From an uncultured Gammaproteobacteria bacterium (GTDB lineage: Bacteria; Patescibacteriota; Patescibacteriia; VMEV01; CAYQCH01), in NCBI GenBank assembly GCA_964503955.1, contig CAZDCG010000001.1, positions 109,804 through 173,803 on the forward strand: a DNA stretch of 64,000 bases, written 5' to 3'. The position numbers and the translations under genes were made by a program. Under the pieces are notes generated by a model, which ran no database searches, was not told the origin of the DNA, and saw only the letters and a program-made list of their open reading frames with translations. Shown here in pieces: positions 38,120 through 48,789 of the stretch; position 1 is the stretch's first letter; each line of letters begins with the position of its first letter.

Positions 38120-40681
38120 TTACAGATTTTCAAATGGCGACGGTCTTTTCGCCCCCTGCTTTGCCGCATGCACGCGGTCTAAAATTTCCTGTTCAACTTC
38201 CAAGCGGGACCGGCCGTATTTAAGACGCGATAATTCCGCCATGGCATTCTTAATGGCAAAACCATGCCCCTCTTCCCAGGCAGCGCTCTTCATGGAAAAT
38301 GGCCTGAGCGTCTGATTATTCACCAGCAATTTCACGTAGAACGAGAATTGCTCCATATTCAGCAAATCATATTCGTTAAAGACAGGCGCCAATTCTTTTG
38401 CAAAAATCTCCGCGTCTTCCACGCCGACTTTGCTGACTACCATTGTTCCGACATTTCCAAAAACCGCGTCTTTGATTTCTGAATCCCCCCCCTCAACAAG
38501 CTGGCCAACATATTGATGAGCAATGACCAGATTAAGCAAATACTTGCGTGCCTCTGAAAGAATGATGGCAATACTGTCGGTCGTAAAGTTTTGGAATTCA
38601 TCGATATACAAGTAAAAATCCTTTCGCTGCGATTTGGGTTGATCCGTGCGGCTCAAGGCCGCCATGAGAATTTTACCCACAATCACCATGCCAAGCAGAT
38701 GCGCGTTCAGCTCACCAATCTTTCCTTTGGACAGCTTTACCAACAAAATCTTTTGCTGGTCCATGAGTTCGCGGAAATTAAAGGCGCTCTTCTGCTGGCC
38801 GATAATCGGGCGCATAACATCGTTTGAGACGAATTGCGTCAGCTTGCTGGTGATATAGGGCACCATATTGGCCAGCGCCGCTTCCCCGCCCGCTTTTTCA
38901 GCTTCATTACGCCAGAAATCCACCACCACCTGGTTGCGGCATTTGGAAAGTTTATATGCCCTGAATTGTTCGTCTGAAAGCACGCGGGAAATCTCCATCA
39001 AGGTCGATCCGGATTCAGGATCATCCATGATCAGCAGCATGGCATTACGCATATACTGCTCAAACATCGGACCGCCCGTTGATTTCAGGTCGTATAGCTT
39101 GTCAAAGATTTTGAGCATTTCATTAATCACGAACGTTTTCTGCTCAGGGTATTTGGGATCATAATCAAGCAAATTCATGCCAAGCGGATACTCAATATCG
39201 GCAGGATCAAAAATCACCACGTCTTCCACGCGATGTTTGGGGATCCCCCCCAGCACATCGTCGATAAGGTCTCCATGCGGATCAATCACGCAAACGCCTT
39301 CGCCGGCCTCGATGTCGCGCCTTGCCATTGAGGTAATGAAGTATGTTTTCCCCGCCCCGGATTTACCAATCACGTACATGTGGCGGCGGCGGTCTTCACG
39401 CAGCATATGCACGGCCGTCTTTTTTCCTCGATATTCGTTATAGCCAAGCAATATCCCTTCCTGCGGCACATTAAGCGAAACAGGCGCGCGCTTTGCTTCA
39501 AGCCATTGGATATTCGTTGTTTCCGTTTGCGGCAAAGGGAAATGATAGAGGCTGGCCAGCTCCTCCGTATTAAAGATCATTTTATTTTTCGGATTGAAAT
39601 TGCGAAAAATAAAATCTTCGATCAGACGCTTCTGATTCTTTGGCTTGCGCTGACGGAAACTATTGCCGTATTCATAAATATTGTACTGGGCAAAAGCACC
39701 TGTGATCGAATCCAAATAGGCCTGCGCTTGAAAAGACTGGCCGGCGGAAACAACCACGCGGATATTCGCTTCAACGCCTCCCTTGCTGGCTTTTGTTTCG
39801 AGCCGTTTGATCATTTCCTCTTCAAGCGGTGAAAGCTGATACGGCTGATCATCTTTTTTGCCGGATGAAAACATGCTTGAAATAAAGCCGGAAAATCCGC
39901 CGGAAACCGCTTTTTTCGCTTCTTTCAAAGGCTTGCCTTGCCGCATGGCAGACGCAATTTTTCTCCCCCACTGATGCCATTGCCTTGGAGCGGAACGAAC
40001 AATGATTTGAATCGCCGCGCCGTCAAGCCCCTGGATTTGCGACAAAGGATGCGTGAGCGCGTTTAATGGATCCGATTCAAGCTCCTGATACGTTTTTATC
40101 GGGAAATACGGCTCGCGCTCAAAGGTGAGCGATGTCCCCATGGCATATCCCTGCGGATGAAAGATATTGTAATCTTCCGCTTCCTCGATATGCGCCTGCG
40201 GCCACTGCGCCTGAATCTGCTGCTCAATAAACTTATGCAGATATTGCGGCGCGGCCACATAGAAGGAAACGCGCTCATTGTGAACGACAATTTCAAACGA
40301 AATGGTATCTTCGCGGCCAAAGAACCAGGCTTTCAATCCGCTTTGCGGTTTCAGTCCGCCAATCGCGCTGAAAAATGTTTCCGCCACCGAAATGGATTCG
40401 CGCACGCCTTGCTGCGAATCCTGGGATTTCGCCTCCCCTTCCTGCTTAAGGCTTTCTTTTGGCACGAGAATCTGTAAAACCCGTTTTTCGTACTGAGCCG
40501 GCAAAGACCTTCCTTTGCGGGCAAGCGATCTAAGGACGAGGAGAACGATGATGCCAAACGCAACAAGGAGCGCGATGAGCAGAATAAGCAATACCGTGGG
40601 ATCACGGAAAAATTGCTCGGCATTTGCCTGCGAAGCCTGTGTATTGACCGACACAGGCAATTGGAAGAGAAACGAGAACAT
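38120..40681 (-). CDS. VirD4/TraG/HerA-like membrane-anchored ATPase
   Basis: RHMYVIGKSGAGKT, IDPHGD, YIDEFQNF, SEARKY. Confidence 0.9.
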   Translation of the reverse strand: MFSFLFQLPVSVNTQASQANAEQFFRDPTVLLILLIALLVAFGIIVLLVLRSLARKGRSLPAQYEKRVLQILVPKESLKQEGEAKSQDSQQGVRESISVAETFFSAIGGLKPQSGLKAWFFGREDTISFEIVVHNERVSFYVAAPQYLHKFIEQQIQAQWPQAHIEEAEDYNIFHPQGYAMGTSLTFEREPYFPIKTYQELESDPLNALTHPLSQIQGLDGAAIQIIVRSAPRQWHQWGRKIASAMRQGKPLKEAKKAVSGGFSGFISSMFSSGKKDDQPYQLSPLEEEMIKRLETKASKGGVEANIRVVVSAGQSFQAQAYLDSITGAFAQYNIYEYGNSFRQRKPKNQKRLIEDFIFRNFNPKNKMIFNTEELASLYHFPLPQTETTNIQWLEAKRAPVSLNVPQEGILLGYNEYRGKKTAVHMLREDRRRHMYVIGKSGAGKTYFITSMARRDIEAGEGVCVIDPHGDLIDDVLGGIPKHRVEDVVIFDPADIEYPLGMNLLDYDPKYPEQKTFVINEMLKIFDKLYDLKSTGGPMFEQYMRNAMLLIMDDPESGSTLMEISRVLSDEQFRAYKLSKCRNQVVVDFWRNEAEKAGGEAALANMVPYITSKLTQFVSNDVMRPIIGQQKSAFNFRELMDQQKILLVKLSKGKIGELNAHLLGMVIVGKILMAALSRTDQPKSQRKDFYLYIDEFQNFTTDSIAIILSEARKYLLNLVIAHQYVGQLVEGGDSEIKDAVFGNVGTMVVSKVGVEDAEIFAKELAPVFNEYDLLNMEQFSFYVKLLVNNQTLRPFSMKSAAWEEGHGFAIKNAMAELSRLKYGRSRLEVEQEILDRVHAAKQGAKRPSPFENL

Positions 40682-40687
40682 GTGTTT

Positions 40688-41194
40688 TTATAATTGATTT
40701 CTGCGAGACTGATCCAGCTCTTTTTTCAATGCGAGAATTTCATCGGCTTTCAGCTTGGCTTCTTGTTTTAGAAAATACTTATTCACGCCTGGAATCACTT
40801 TGAGCCATCCGAACAGGAGCTTGAAGACTTTTCTTGATCTGAGGCGAACCTTGTAGATCATGCTCTCAAGCTCTGCTGCCGTTGCTTCGCCGCGTTCTTT
40901 AAATTGCTTTTGCACGTCAGGAGGAAGCTGAGCATATACATCATCCAGATCATCTTCCATAATATCTTCAATTCGCTCAAGCGTCTCACTTTTTACATGC
41001 TCACGTCCGGGCACCGTGGCCTGTGTTAAAGGCAATGGCGCAGACGGCTGCGGTGCAGGCTGTTCATCTTGTTTGCTTGCCGGCTGTTCCGTCGGAGTTT
41101 TTGGCTGCTCCGAGCGCAGACCACGCTCAACAGGTGAAGAAGGTTCATTCTTCATGTCTTCCGGTCGATTTGTCAGAGGCACTTTTTCAACCAT
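40688..41194 (-). CDS. Conserved hypothetical protein
   Basis: Pro-rich N-terminus; WLKVIPGVNKYFLKQEAKLK motif. Confidence 0.75.
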   Translation of the reverse strand: MVEKVPLTNRPEDMKNEPSSPVERGLRSEQPKTPTEQPASKQDEQPAPQPSAPLPLTQATVPGREHVKSETLERIEDIMEDDLDDVYAQLPPDVQKQFKERGEATAAELESMIYKVRLRSRKVFKLLFGWLKVIPGVNKYFLKQEAKLKADEILALKKELDQSRRNQL

Positions 41195-41218
41195 AAAACG
41201 GCGAACAAAAGCAGATAA

Positions 41219-41626
41219 CTACGGGCGCGTATTCATCCCTTTTTGGCCGACGGAACCGGTTTCAAGATAGAAACGGAAGGCAAACTCGGTTCCCGCCTCA
41301 TTGGTTGTATAGAATAAACATTCTGCCCCCGTCTGATTCACGGGGTCGGTGATCGGAGTGCTGATCAAATTGGCTCCAAGCAAGGCAGTATTAACCGCGT
41401 CGGTTCCTGTCAAGCAAAATCCTGCCGGAGCCATTGGATAGGAAGCGCCGGTCTGATTGATGTATAAATCAAGCGCCTTGACCAATTGATCAACATCGGC
41501 TGAACGTTTCGCGTCTCTGGCTCGCGCCTGTACATTCGTAATCGTAAAGAGGACAGCCGCCGACAAGAGCGCGACAATGGAAATCGTAATAAGCAATTCC
41601 ATCAACGTAAAGCCCTTCTGATGCAT
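41219..41626 (-). CDS. Type IV pilin-like protein
   Basis: KGFTLMELL prepilin motif; ARDAKRSADV. Confidence 0.93.
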   Translation of the reverse strand: MHQKGFTLMELLITISIVALLSAAVLFTITNVQARARDAKRSADVDQLVKALDLYINQTGASYPMAPAGFCLTGTDAVNTALLGANLISTPITDPVNQTGAECLFYTTNEAGTEFAFRFYLETGSVGQKGMNTRP

Positions 41627-41628
41627 AT

Positions 41629-42690
41629 TTATTGTTGATTATGGATAGTGATTTGCGTTCCCTCCGGCACAACCTCAATCCAGGTAGCACCAGGCGCCAG
41701 CGCAACCGGCTGGCCGTCTTCCGTGGCGAAAAGAAGCGGAGACGATTGGGATGCTTTCTCCCATTCTACCTCAAATTGGCGGCCAAAGCGAAATAAGGAG
41801 GCCTTCCCTTTGCCAGATGTTCGAACGGAACGGCGGCTTTCTTCATCAATCACCTGGATATCGGTATAAAGAACGAAGACATTCGCCGCCTCCACCGCTC
41901 TTTGGTCCGCATCAAATTGCTGTTCCTGTCCCTGGTGGCGGATAAACACGTTTTTGGATTTGTCATACACCCATCGCGCCAAATACAGATTTGATGGGCC
42001 GGAAAACGGAATATCTACCGATGCAACCTCCGGCTCCCGCGTATCAGGCTCGTCCATATAACTGAAAACAGGAAATGTTTGCTGATCAAATTTACGATGA
42101 GCAAAGGCCTGATCCAGATTTTCAATTGACGTATACACATTGTGAGGAGCGTAACGGTCGGATGATCTCCAAAAGAAGCTGCCAAAATAAAATTCATTCA
42201 GCGACGGAACAATAAAGGCATTCAGCATGGACAATGCCTGGGGACTGCCGCCCACATGCGCGTACATCACGCCAAGCCCTGCCGCCCAGTCCACGTAATA
42301 TGGCCGGGCTGAACGCACTGGACCGATCTTTTCTGTCGTTTGCTTATTGTCATAAACCGCCATAAAGCGCGGAATCGATCCTTCCACTGGCGCCTCAAAC
42401 ACCAACCGGGCATCAGCCAAGCCGCTTAATGGCCAGGCTTCGGCGCTGTTTTCGATCATCACGGCGAAAAAGCGGTCAGGTTGTTCCTCTTCAGGAATAA
42501 AGATGCCGTCGGTCAACCGGCGGACGCCCCCTTCCGGGATGACGGAAGCAGCGGAAACTTCCTGTTCAATCCGCTGATATGTTTGCGAAGAGTCCGGATT
42601 CTGATGAAAAATAAAACTGAACGCGAGCAATCCGCCAAGAGCCAAAAGCCCGCCAAAGAGCATAAAACGTTTATCTTGTAATTGATGCAT
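41629..42690 (-). CDS. DUF3048-family protein
   Basis: VMIENS, EGSIPRFMA, GPVRSARPY, APHNVY. Confidence 0.88.
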   Translation of the reverse strand: MHQLQDKRFMLFGGLLALGGLLAFSFIFHQNPDSSQTYQRIEQEVSAASVIPEGGVRRLTDGIFIPEEEQPDRFFAVMIENSAEAWPLSGLADARLVFEAPVEGSIPRFMAVYDNKQTTEKIGPVRSARPYYVDWAAGLGVMYAHVGGSPQALSMLNAFIVPSLNEFYFGSFFWRSSDRYAPHNVYTSIENLDQAFAHRKFDQQTFPVFSYMDEPDTREPEVASVDIPFSGPSNLYLARWVYDKSKNVFIRHQGQEQQFDADQRAVEAANVFVLYTDIQVIDEESRRSVRTSGKGKASLFRFGRQFEVEWEKASQSSPLLFATEDGQPVALAPGATWIEVVPEGTQITIHNQQ

Positions 42691-42712
42691 AGTAATGCTC
42701 AGTATAAACTAG

Positions 42713-42744
42713 AAGCGCCCGCAAGAACAATGCGGGCGCTTTTT
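42713..42744. terminator. Terminator after rplY
   Basis: AAGCGCCCGCA...TGCGGGCGCTT. Confidence 0.7.
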
Positions 42745-42768
42745 GCGATAATAGATTGAGACCAAGCT

Positions 42769-43416
42769 TTATTCTTTAGAGGTTTCCGCAGCCGGAGCAG
42801 CAGGTGCAGCCCCTTCAGCGGGAGCTGCTTCCGCAGCTGGCGCAACAGGCTCAACCTCGAGTTTTGGCATGCTCACCGTGGCAATCAATTCCTCCGGATC
42901 ATTGAGCACTTTCAATGTTTCAGGAATCTCGATATCGCTGACAAGGATGACATCCTCGATGGTTTTAAGCTTGTCGAGGGGCACAGCAAGGGATTTTACC
43001 AAGTTTTTAGGCAAACAACTTACTGCCAATGTCGTAAGGCTTTTCACCAGAGAACCGCCTGATGTTTTAACAGCAGGAGCTTCCCCAATAAATTCGAGAG
43101 GAACTTCAACTTCAACTTCGGTATTGACATCGATCGCCTGAAAATCGGTGTGGATATAATCTCTTGTAACGGGGTGGATCTGAACTTCGCGGATAAGCAC
43201 ATCAACTTGTTTTCCTCCTTCAAGACCCAATTCCACAACCTGGCTTTCACCGGCTTCGTTATAGACTTTTTCAAATGCCTGATAATTTACTGCAATATTC
43301 TGACTCTCTTTTTGGCCGAAACCATAGAGAATAGCAGGAATCATGCTTTCCTGGCGCAGAGAGGCAACTTTCTTGCCTGAAACAGTTCTTGGTTGAGCTT
43401 GCAACGTGATTGCCAT
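42769..43416 (-). CDS. rplY: 50S ribosomal protein L25/Ctc
   Basis: LR...IPAILYG, VQIHPV...HTDF, VPLEFIGEAPAVK. Confidence 0.93.
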   Translation of the reverse strand: MAITLQAQPRTVSGKKVASLRQESMIPAILYGFGQKESQNIAVNYQAFEKVYNEAGESQVVELGLEGGKQVDVLIREVQIHPVTRDYIHTDFQAIDVNTEVEVEVPLEFIGEAPAVKTSGGSLVKSLTTLAVSCLPKNLVKSLAVPLDKLKTIEDVILVSDIEIPETLKVLNDPEELIATVSMPKLEVEPVAPAAEAAPAEGAAPAAPAAETSKE

Positions 43417-43420
43417 AGAT

Positions 43421-43786
43421 TTACTTATCTCGTTCAAACAATTCGTTTAGGAATGTTTTCGGTTTGTTCGTAAGCGTTTCAAAAGCTTCAAATACTTGAG
43501 CTTCTGAAATAGCCGGAGCGTCTTTGAATTTTTCGACATCCGCGGAATTCAGATCAGTGATGAGCCCTACGGATGTAAGCCCGATCTGGCCTTTGACGAT
43601 CAATGCGACAATGGCGCTTTGACATTTATGACATTGAATATGCACCAGCTGCGCTTCCGCTTTTTCCTCAACAATATTGGCCTGAAACGGCTGATATTGT
43701 TCCGAGCACAGTGGACATTTGGAGATCAGACGCAATCCTTCCGGAGAAAAATGGTACGAACCTGAAGGAAGATCGATTGAATCCAT
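43421..43786 (-). CDS. Zinc-ribbon hypothetical protein
   Basis: CPLC...HIQCHKC; immediately upstream of rplY. Confidence 0.8.
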   Translation of the reverse strand: MDSIDLPSGSYHFSPEGLRLISKCPLCSEQYQPFQANIVEEKAEAQLVHIQCHKCQSAIVALIVKGQIGLTSVGLITDLNSADVEKFKDAPAISEAQVFEAFETLTNKPKTFLNELFERDK

Positions 43787-43848
43787 AGGTCAAAAGGCAA
43801 TCCCTGCTTTAATGGCAGGGAAACATCATCTTTCGATGAAGTGCGCTC

Positions 43849-43876
43849 ATTATACAGGTGAGAAAAGAATTGTCAA
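43849..43876 (-). promoter_or_regulatory. Consensus sigma70 promoter
   Basis: TTGACA-16-TATAAT. Confidence 0.75.
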
Positions 43877-44040
43877 TAATACCCCGTCTGTGGTCTATTA
43901 TACCACGGCTTGCCAGACGGACCAGAGGTTGTGCCAAGCGTTCCCGGACCAGGCTGGCACTGAATGCTGATTGCTAAAGCCCAAGCTAGCGCTAGCTTCC
44001 GTGCCCCCCTACAACTCATTAACTCGTTAACCGCAACTCA

Positions 44041-45135
44041 TTAACTATATATATGCACACTCTGCGCCAAACCAAGCATCATGAACACAGCCACAAGATA
44101 GGATCCTCCGGCACTGATAAGCGGCAATGAAATACCCGTGACGGGTATCAAGGCAAGATTCATTGCCATATGCAACATGGCCTGCCCTACGACCGCAAGC
44201 AAGACTCCGATCGCGATCAGCTGGCCAAAGTCGCTTCTGGTATTTCTTGCAATATGAATGAGCCGCCAGGAAATAATCACCAGCAAAGCGACAAAGACAA
44301 AAATGCCGGCAAATCCAAGTTCTTCGCCAATCACTGCAAAAATGAAATCGGTTTGCCGTTCAGGCAAAAATTGCAGTTGGCTTTGCGACCCAGAACCGAT
44401 TCCGCGCCCGAGAAGACGCCCGGATCCAATGGCGATCAGCGATTGCGTCACATTATAACCGGTACCAAGCGGGTCTGCTGCCGGATCAAGAAAGCTCACC
44501 AAGCGGCTTTTCTGGTATGGCTGCAAAAAGGTCGTCCAACCGACTAAAACAATCCCGAGAAAACCAAAGAACATCAAGCCGATCTGCCATTTGGATAATC
44601 CAAGCAAAAGCACAAATCCAAGCCAGATCAGAAAAAGAATCACGGCAGATCCCAAATCCGGCTGCGCAATCGTTAAAAAACCAAGAAGACCGACCGACAA
44701 GCCGGATACAATGAGCGGCTTCCATGTTTTCAGATGTCTCCCCTGCTTGCTGAAATACGCCGCGAGAATCAGAATGAGTAAAAATTTCACCAGCTCGACA
44801 GGTTGCCAAACGAAAAAACCGAAATCAAGCCAGGCGCGAATACCTCGAATAACTTCGCCCAAGGGCGTAAAGAGCAAGACAAGAAAAAAGATACAGAGAA
44901 GATACAGCCAGGGATAAAACGGCTGCCAGGTACGGTAATCAACCGTCATGAAAAAGAGAAATGCCCCCATGCCAAGCACCCCGTAAAAGAGTTGCTTGTA
45001 CAGCAGCGAAATCTGCTGCTCCTGAGAAGCCAGCCCCACGCTGTAGAGAATGGTCGCTCCGATTGAAAAAATCAGCAGCATGCTCACGAGCAGAATTTTA
45101 TCCGAACGCCGAAGCGCGGCCAAAACCTTTTGCAT
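44041..45135 (-). CDS. rodA: Rod shape-determining protein RodA
   Basis: QPVELVK, QPDLGSA, DPLGTGY, FLPERQTDF; second SEDS gene. Confidence 0.93.
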   Translation of the reverse strand: MQKVLAALRRSDKILLVSMLLIFSIGATILYSVGLASQEQQISLLYKQLFYGVLGMGAFLFFMTVDYRTWQPFYPWLYLLCIFFLVLLFTPLGEVIRGIRAWLDFGFFVWQPVELVKFLLILILAAYFSKQGRHLKTWKPLIVSGLSVGLLGFLTIAQPDLGSAVILFLIWLGFVLLLGLSKWQIGLMFFGFLGIVLVGWTTFLQPYQKSRLVSFLDPAADPLGTGYNVTQSLIAIGSGRLLGRGIGSGSQSQLQFLPERQTDFIFAVIGEELGFAGIFVFVALLVIISWRLIHIARNTRSDFGQLIAIGVLLAVVGQAMLHMAMNLALIPVTGISLPLISAGGSYLVAVFMMLGLAQSVHIYS

Positions 45136-45162
45136 ACGAGAAGATAAACTGCTCCTGTTTTA

Positions 45163-46098
45163 CTAGAATCTGCGCCGTTGATCAAACTCCCGGAACCCCG
45201 GATCAAATTCCCCCTGAAACGAACTGAATGATGCGCGGTCAAGAATATTCACGCTTGGAATGATTTGCACGGTTGTAATCGCCGAAAGATTCTGCGTGAA
45301 ACGCACAGAAAGCGGCTTGCTCACGCCTGAAGGAAAATCCGGAATGACCACGGAATCAATCGCCGCGAGTCGATTTCCCGTAAAGAGCGCCACCTGTACT
45401 TCCATGCTGACGTAATTATACGCTGTCGCATTCGCAATGGTTGCGGTGACCTCGCTTACCGGCAGCTGATCGCTGAGCTCGGATTGCCTTGAGGAAAGGA
45501 AGCGTTTATTGGTGATCAAAAAATTCAGATAATCGGGCGCCCATTGCTCATAATTGGTCACGCGCTGCCACTCTTCATTCTCAAAGAAGACCTGAGGCGT
45601 GCCGGTCACAATGCCTTCTTGATTGAGCGCGAGAAGATATTTCTCTTCTCCAGGCAAAAAATACGTTTCCTGCGCCTGCAGAAACCGCCCGCCGATAGAA
45701 AACTGGTAGCTCACCCGTTCAAGCGCCCACTTGGTATTAGGGTTGCGCACAAGAACAGCGATATCCGAAGATTGCCCGCGCCCTGAAATGACCTGGCGGG
45801 ATACAACCTCAAGAGGTTGTATCGCATAACTTTGATGAACCTCTTCAATGTTGATATAGGTCTGTCCGGCTGTTTCTGCCCCTCGCCGGTATGATTCATA
45901 CTCAAAACCATAAAAACGGATCAATGCGAATAACGCATATCCGTATGTGATAGCGCAAAATGCGACCAGAAAACCAATAAGAAGCCTCCTGAGCTGCTCT
46001 CGATGCGTGACAAACCAATACCCAAATTTGAGCTCCTGCTCTGTCAGCTGCTGCACGTCAACGGATTTTGTATTGAACCCTTCTGATTGATTTGGCAT
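45163..46098 (-). CDS. Membrane-anchored hypothetical protein
   Basis: Single TM followed by a beta-rich domain (VRNPN, FLPGEEKY); start MPNQ. Confidence 0.8.
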   Translation of the reverse strand: MPNQSEGFNTKSVDVQQLTEQELKFGYWFVTHREQLRRLLIGFLVAFCAITYGYALFALIRFYGFEYESYRRGAETAGQTYINIEEVHQSYAIQPLEVVSRQVISGRGQSSDIAVLVRNPNTKWALERVSYQFSIGGRFLQAQETYFLPGEEKYLLALNQEGIVTGTPQVFFENEEWQRVTNYEQWAPDYLNFLITNKRFLSSRQSELSDQLPVSEVTATIANATAYNYVSMEVQVALFTGNRLAAIDSVVIPDFPSGVSKPLSVRFTQNLSAITTVQIIPSVNILDRASFSSFQGEFDPGFREFDQRRRF

Positions 46099-46281
46099 AC
46101 ATCTTTGATAATCAGTCTGGCATGTCTGGCAACGTCTTTGAATGTCCGACACGTCTGCGCAGCTATTGTATCACAGAGCTGATTTAGCCCCAATGTGTCA
46201 AGGTGCCTGTTTCGCGCTTCTATGCTACAATCTTGGTATCAATAGCTCCTCTGAAAAAGGGGAATTTCTCTTTATAAAGGT

Positions 46282-48315
46282 ATGGCAAAATCACCAGTGA
46301 AACCCAAGGAAAAAGCATACGACTCATCCGCAATCACCGTCCTTGAGGGACTCGACCCGGTTCGCAAACGCCCCGGAATGTATATCGGCAATACCGGCGA
46401 GGGCGGTTTGCACCATCTCGTCTGGGAAATCGTGGATAACTCCATCGACGAAGCCATGGCCGGCCATGGGAACCTGATCCAGGTATCGCTTCTGCCGGGA
46501 AATGAAGTCGAAGTTATCGACCATGGCCGCGGTATTCCGGTTGATAAGCATAAGACCACCAAGAAATCCACGCTTGAAACGGTTTTAACAACGCTGCATG
46601 CCGGAGGAAAATTCGGCGGCGGAGGGTATAAAGTCTCCGGCGGTCTGCATGGTGTGGGAGCTTCGGTTGTAAACGCGCTTTCCACCCACATGGTGGCGCA
46701 AGTACGCAGAGACGGCAAACTCTATGAGCAGGAATTCGTCGCCGGAAAACCGAAAAAAGATGTTAAGGTTGTGGGCAAAGCAAAAGATACCGGAACAACA
46801 ATCCGCTTCGCGCCGGATCCAAGTATTTTCAGCACCGTTGAATTCAAGCTGCAGACGATTCTGAACCGTTTGCGCCAGCAGGCATATCTAACCAAAGGCA
46901 TCCGCATTATTGTTCATGATAAACGGATCAAGTCAGACGAAAAGTCATACGGCTTTTACTTTGAAGGAGGTATCCGCTCCTATGTCCGCCACCTCAACCG
47001 TGATGAAACCGTGCAGCATCCGGAAATCTTCTACGTTGAAAAAGAGGAAGACAATGTTAAAGCGGAAATTGCTTTGCAATACACCGATAATATCAACGAA
47101 AACGTAAACGGATTTGCCAACAACATTCTCACTCCTGGAGGCGGGACGCATATTGTCGGCTTTGCCAAGGCGCTCACCAGGGTGTTGAATAATTACGGAC
47201 GCAAGAAAAACATTCTCAAAGAAAAAGATGAAAACCTGACGGGAGACGATACCCGCGAAGGGCTGACCGCCGTTATCAGCGTGAAGATTTCCGAGCCGCA
47301 ATTTGAAGGACAAACCAAAGACAAACTTGGAAACCCTGAAGTGAAAGGAATTGTCGAATCCATTTTTGCTACGGCATTTGGCGACTGGCTTGAAGAGCAT
47401 CCACGCGACGCGGAAAAAATGATCGGCAAATGCCTCTTAGCTGCACAGGCTCGCCGGGCGGCGAAATCCGCGCGCGAATCCGTTCTGCGAAAAGGCGCGC
47501 TGGACAGCTTCAACCTGCCCGGGAAATTGGCGGACTGTTCCTCAAAGAAAGCGGAAAACTGCGAACTCTTCATTGTGGAGGGTGATTCTGCAGGCGGTTC
47601 GGCAAAACAAGCTCGCAATCGTGAATTCCAGGCGATTCTTCCCTTGCGCGGAAAGCTGTTGAACGTTGAACGCGCGCGCCTCGACCGTATCATCAAATCC
47701 GAAACCATTTTGCCGATGATTATCGCGCTTGGCACCAATATCGGCGAAATGTTTGATCAGAGCAAATTACGCTATCACCGCATTATCCTCATGGCCGATG
47801 CTGACGTGGACGGATCGCATATCCGCACCTTGCTGCTGACCTTCTTCTATCGCCATTTCCGCAGTCTGGTGGAAGCGGGTCATTTGTATATCGCGCAGCC
47901 GCCGCTCTATAAAATCGCCAAAGGCAAAGAAGTCCATTATGCGTACACGGACGAAGACAAACAGAACATCCTTGACCGGATCATGAAAACGGTTGATGCC
48001 AAAACCAAAGAGAAGCTTAAAGAAGCGCTCGCGCAATCTGAAGAAGGTGAAGAACAGGAAGGCGAAGAAACGTCAACCCCGGAAAAGAATATTGCCGGTA
48101 TCAGCATCCAACGCTACAAAGGTCTTGGTGAAATGAATCCGGATCAGCTTTGGGAAACAACGCTCGACCCGGAGCGCCGCGTGATCAAACAGGTAACCAT
48201 TGACGACGCGGAACAGGCTGATGAATATATGCGCATTCTTATGGGCTCTGAAGTCGCTCCCCGCAAACGCTTTATTCAGACGCATGCGAAGAATGTGCAG
48301 AATCTTGATATTTAG
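46282..48315 (+). CDS. gyrB: DNA gyrase subunit B
   Basis: VRKRPGMYIG, SGGLHGVG, EGDSAGG, DADVDG, QRYKGLGEM. Confidence 0.96.
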   Translation: MAKSPVKPKEKAYDSSAITVLEGLDPVRKRPGMYIGNTGEGGLHHLVWEIVDNSIDEAMAGHGNLIQVSLLPGNEVEVIDHGRGIPVDKHKTTKKSTLETVLTTLHAGGKFGGGGYKVSGGLHGVGASVVNALSTHMVAQVRRDGKLYEQEFVAGKPKKDVKVVGKAKDTGTTIRFAPDPSIFSTVEFKLQTILNRLRQQAYLTKGIRIIVHDKRIKSDEKSYGFYFEGGIRSYVRHLNRDETVQHPEIFYVEKEEDNVKAEIALQYTDNINENVNGFANNILTPGGGTHIVGFAKALTRVLNNYGRKKNILKEKDENLTGDDTREGLTAVISVKISEPQFEGQTKDKLGNPEVKGIVESIFATAFGDWLEEHPRDAEKMIGKCLLAAQARRAAKSARESVLRKGALDSFNLPGKLADCSSKKAENCELFIVEGDSAGGSAKQARNREFQAILPLRGKLLNVERARLDRIIKSETILPMIIALGTNIGEMFDQSKLRYHRIILMADADVDGSHIRTLLLTFFYRHFRSLVEAGHLYIAQPPLYKIAKGKEVHYAYTDEDKQNILDRIMKTVDAKTKEKLKEALAQSEEGEEQEGEETSTPEKNIAGISIQRYKGLGEMNPDQLWETTLDPERRVIKQVTIDDAEQADEYMRILMGSEVAPRKRFIQTHAKNVQNLDI

Positions 48316-48339
48316 AAACGGTTAACGGGTTAAAAAGAT

Positions 48340-48370
48340 GCAGCCTGGGATGTCCAGGCTGTTTTGTTTT
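48340..48370 (+). terminator. gyrB terminator
   Basis: GCAGCCTGG...CCAGGCTGT followed by a T-rich tail. Confidence 0.7.
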
Positions 48371-48540
48371 CACTGAACAGGGATTTTTTGATGCGTTTGT
48401 CTGTGAGTCTTAGGATCCAGGTCTGTGGCCCGCCAACTTGCCCAAAAAGCCGTTCTCCGTTATACTTTGCGCATAGATCAAATAACCCCGCCGGGGTTGT
48501 TTTTAGATAAAATAGATTGTCGCTAATCTCAGCCTAAAAT

Positions 48541-48735
48541 ATGGCAAAAATGAAGACCCCGTGGATTGTCCGGTATTTCCGTGAGTCCTTTATTGAGCTT
48601 CAAAAGGTTGTCTGGCCTTCGCAGGAAACCGTGCGCAAGCATACTATTCTGGTTATCGCGATCAGCTTATTCGTGGCTGTGTATTTTGCGGCTTCCGACT
48701 ACGTTCTTAACTTCGCATTGGAATCTCTCATCTAA
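48541..48735 (+). CDS. secE: SecE
   Basis: ELQKVVWPS plus a TM helix; precedes nusG. Confidence 0.93.
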   Translation: MAKMKTPWIVRYFRESFIELQKVVWPSQETVRKHTILVIAISLFVAVYFAASDYVLNFALESLI

Positions 48736-48789
48736 GTCTCGTCTCTCCTAGCCTGGCTAATCTAGCCAGTCTAGCTGGTCTAAACAACT

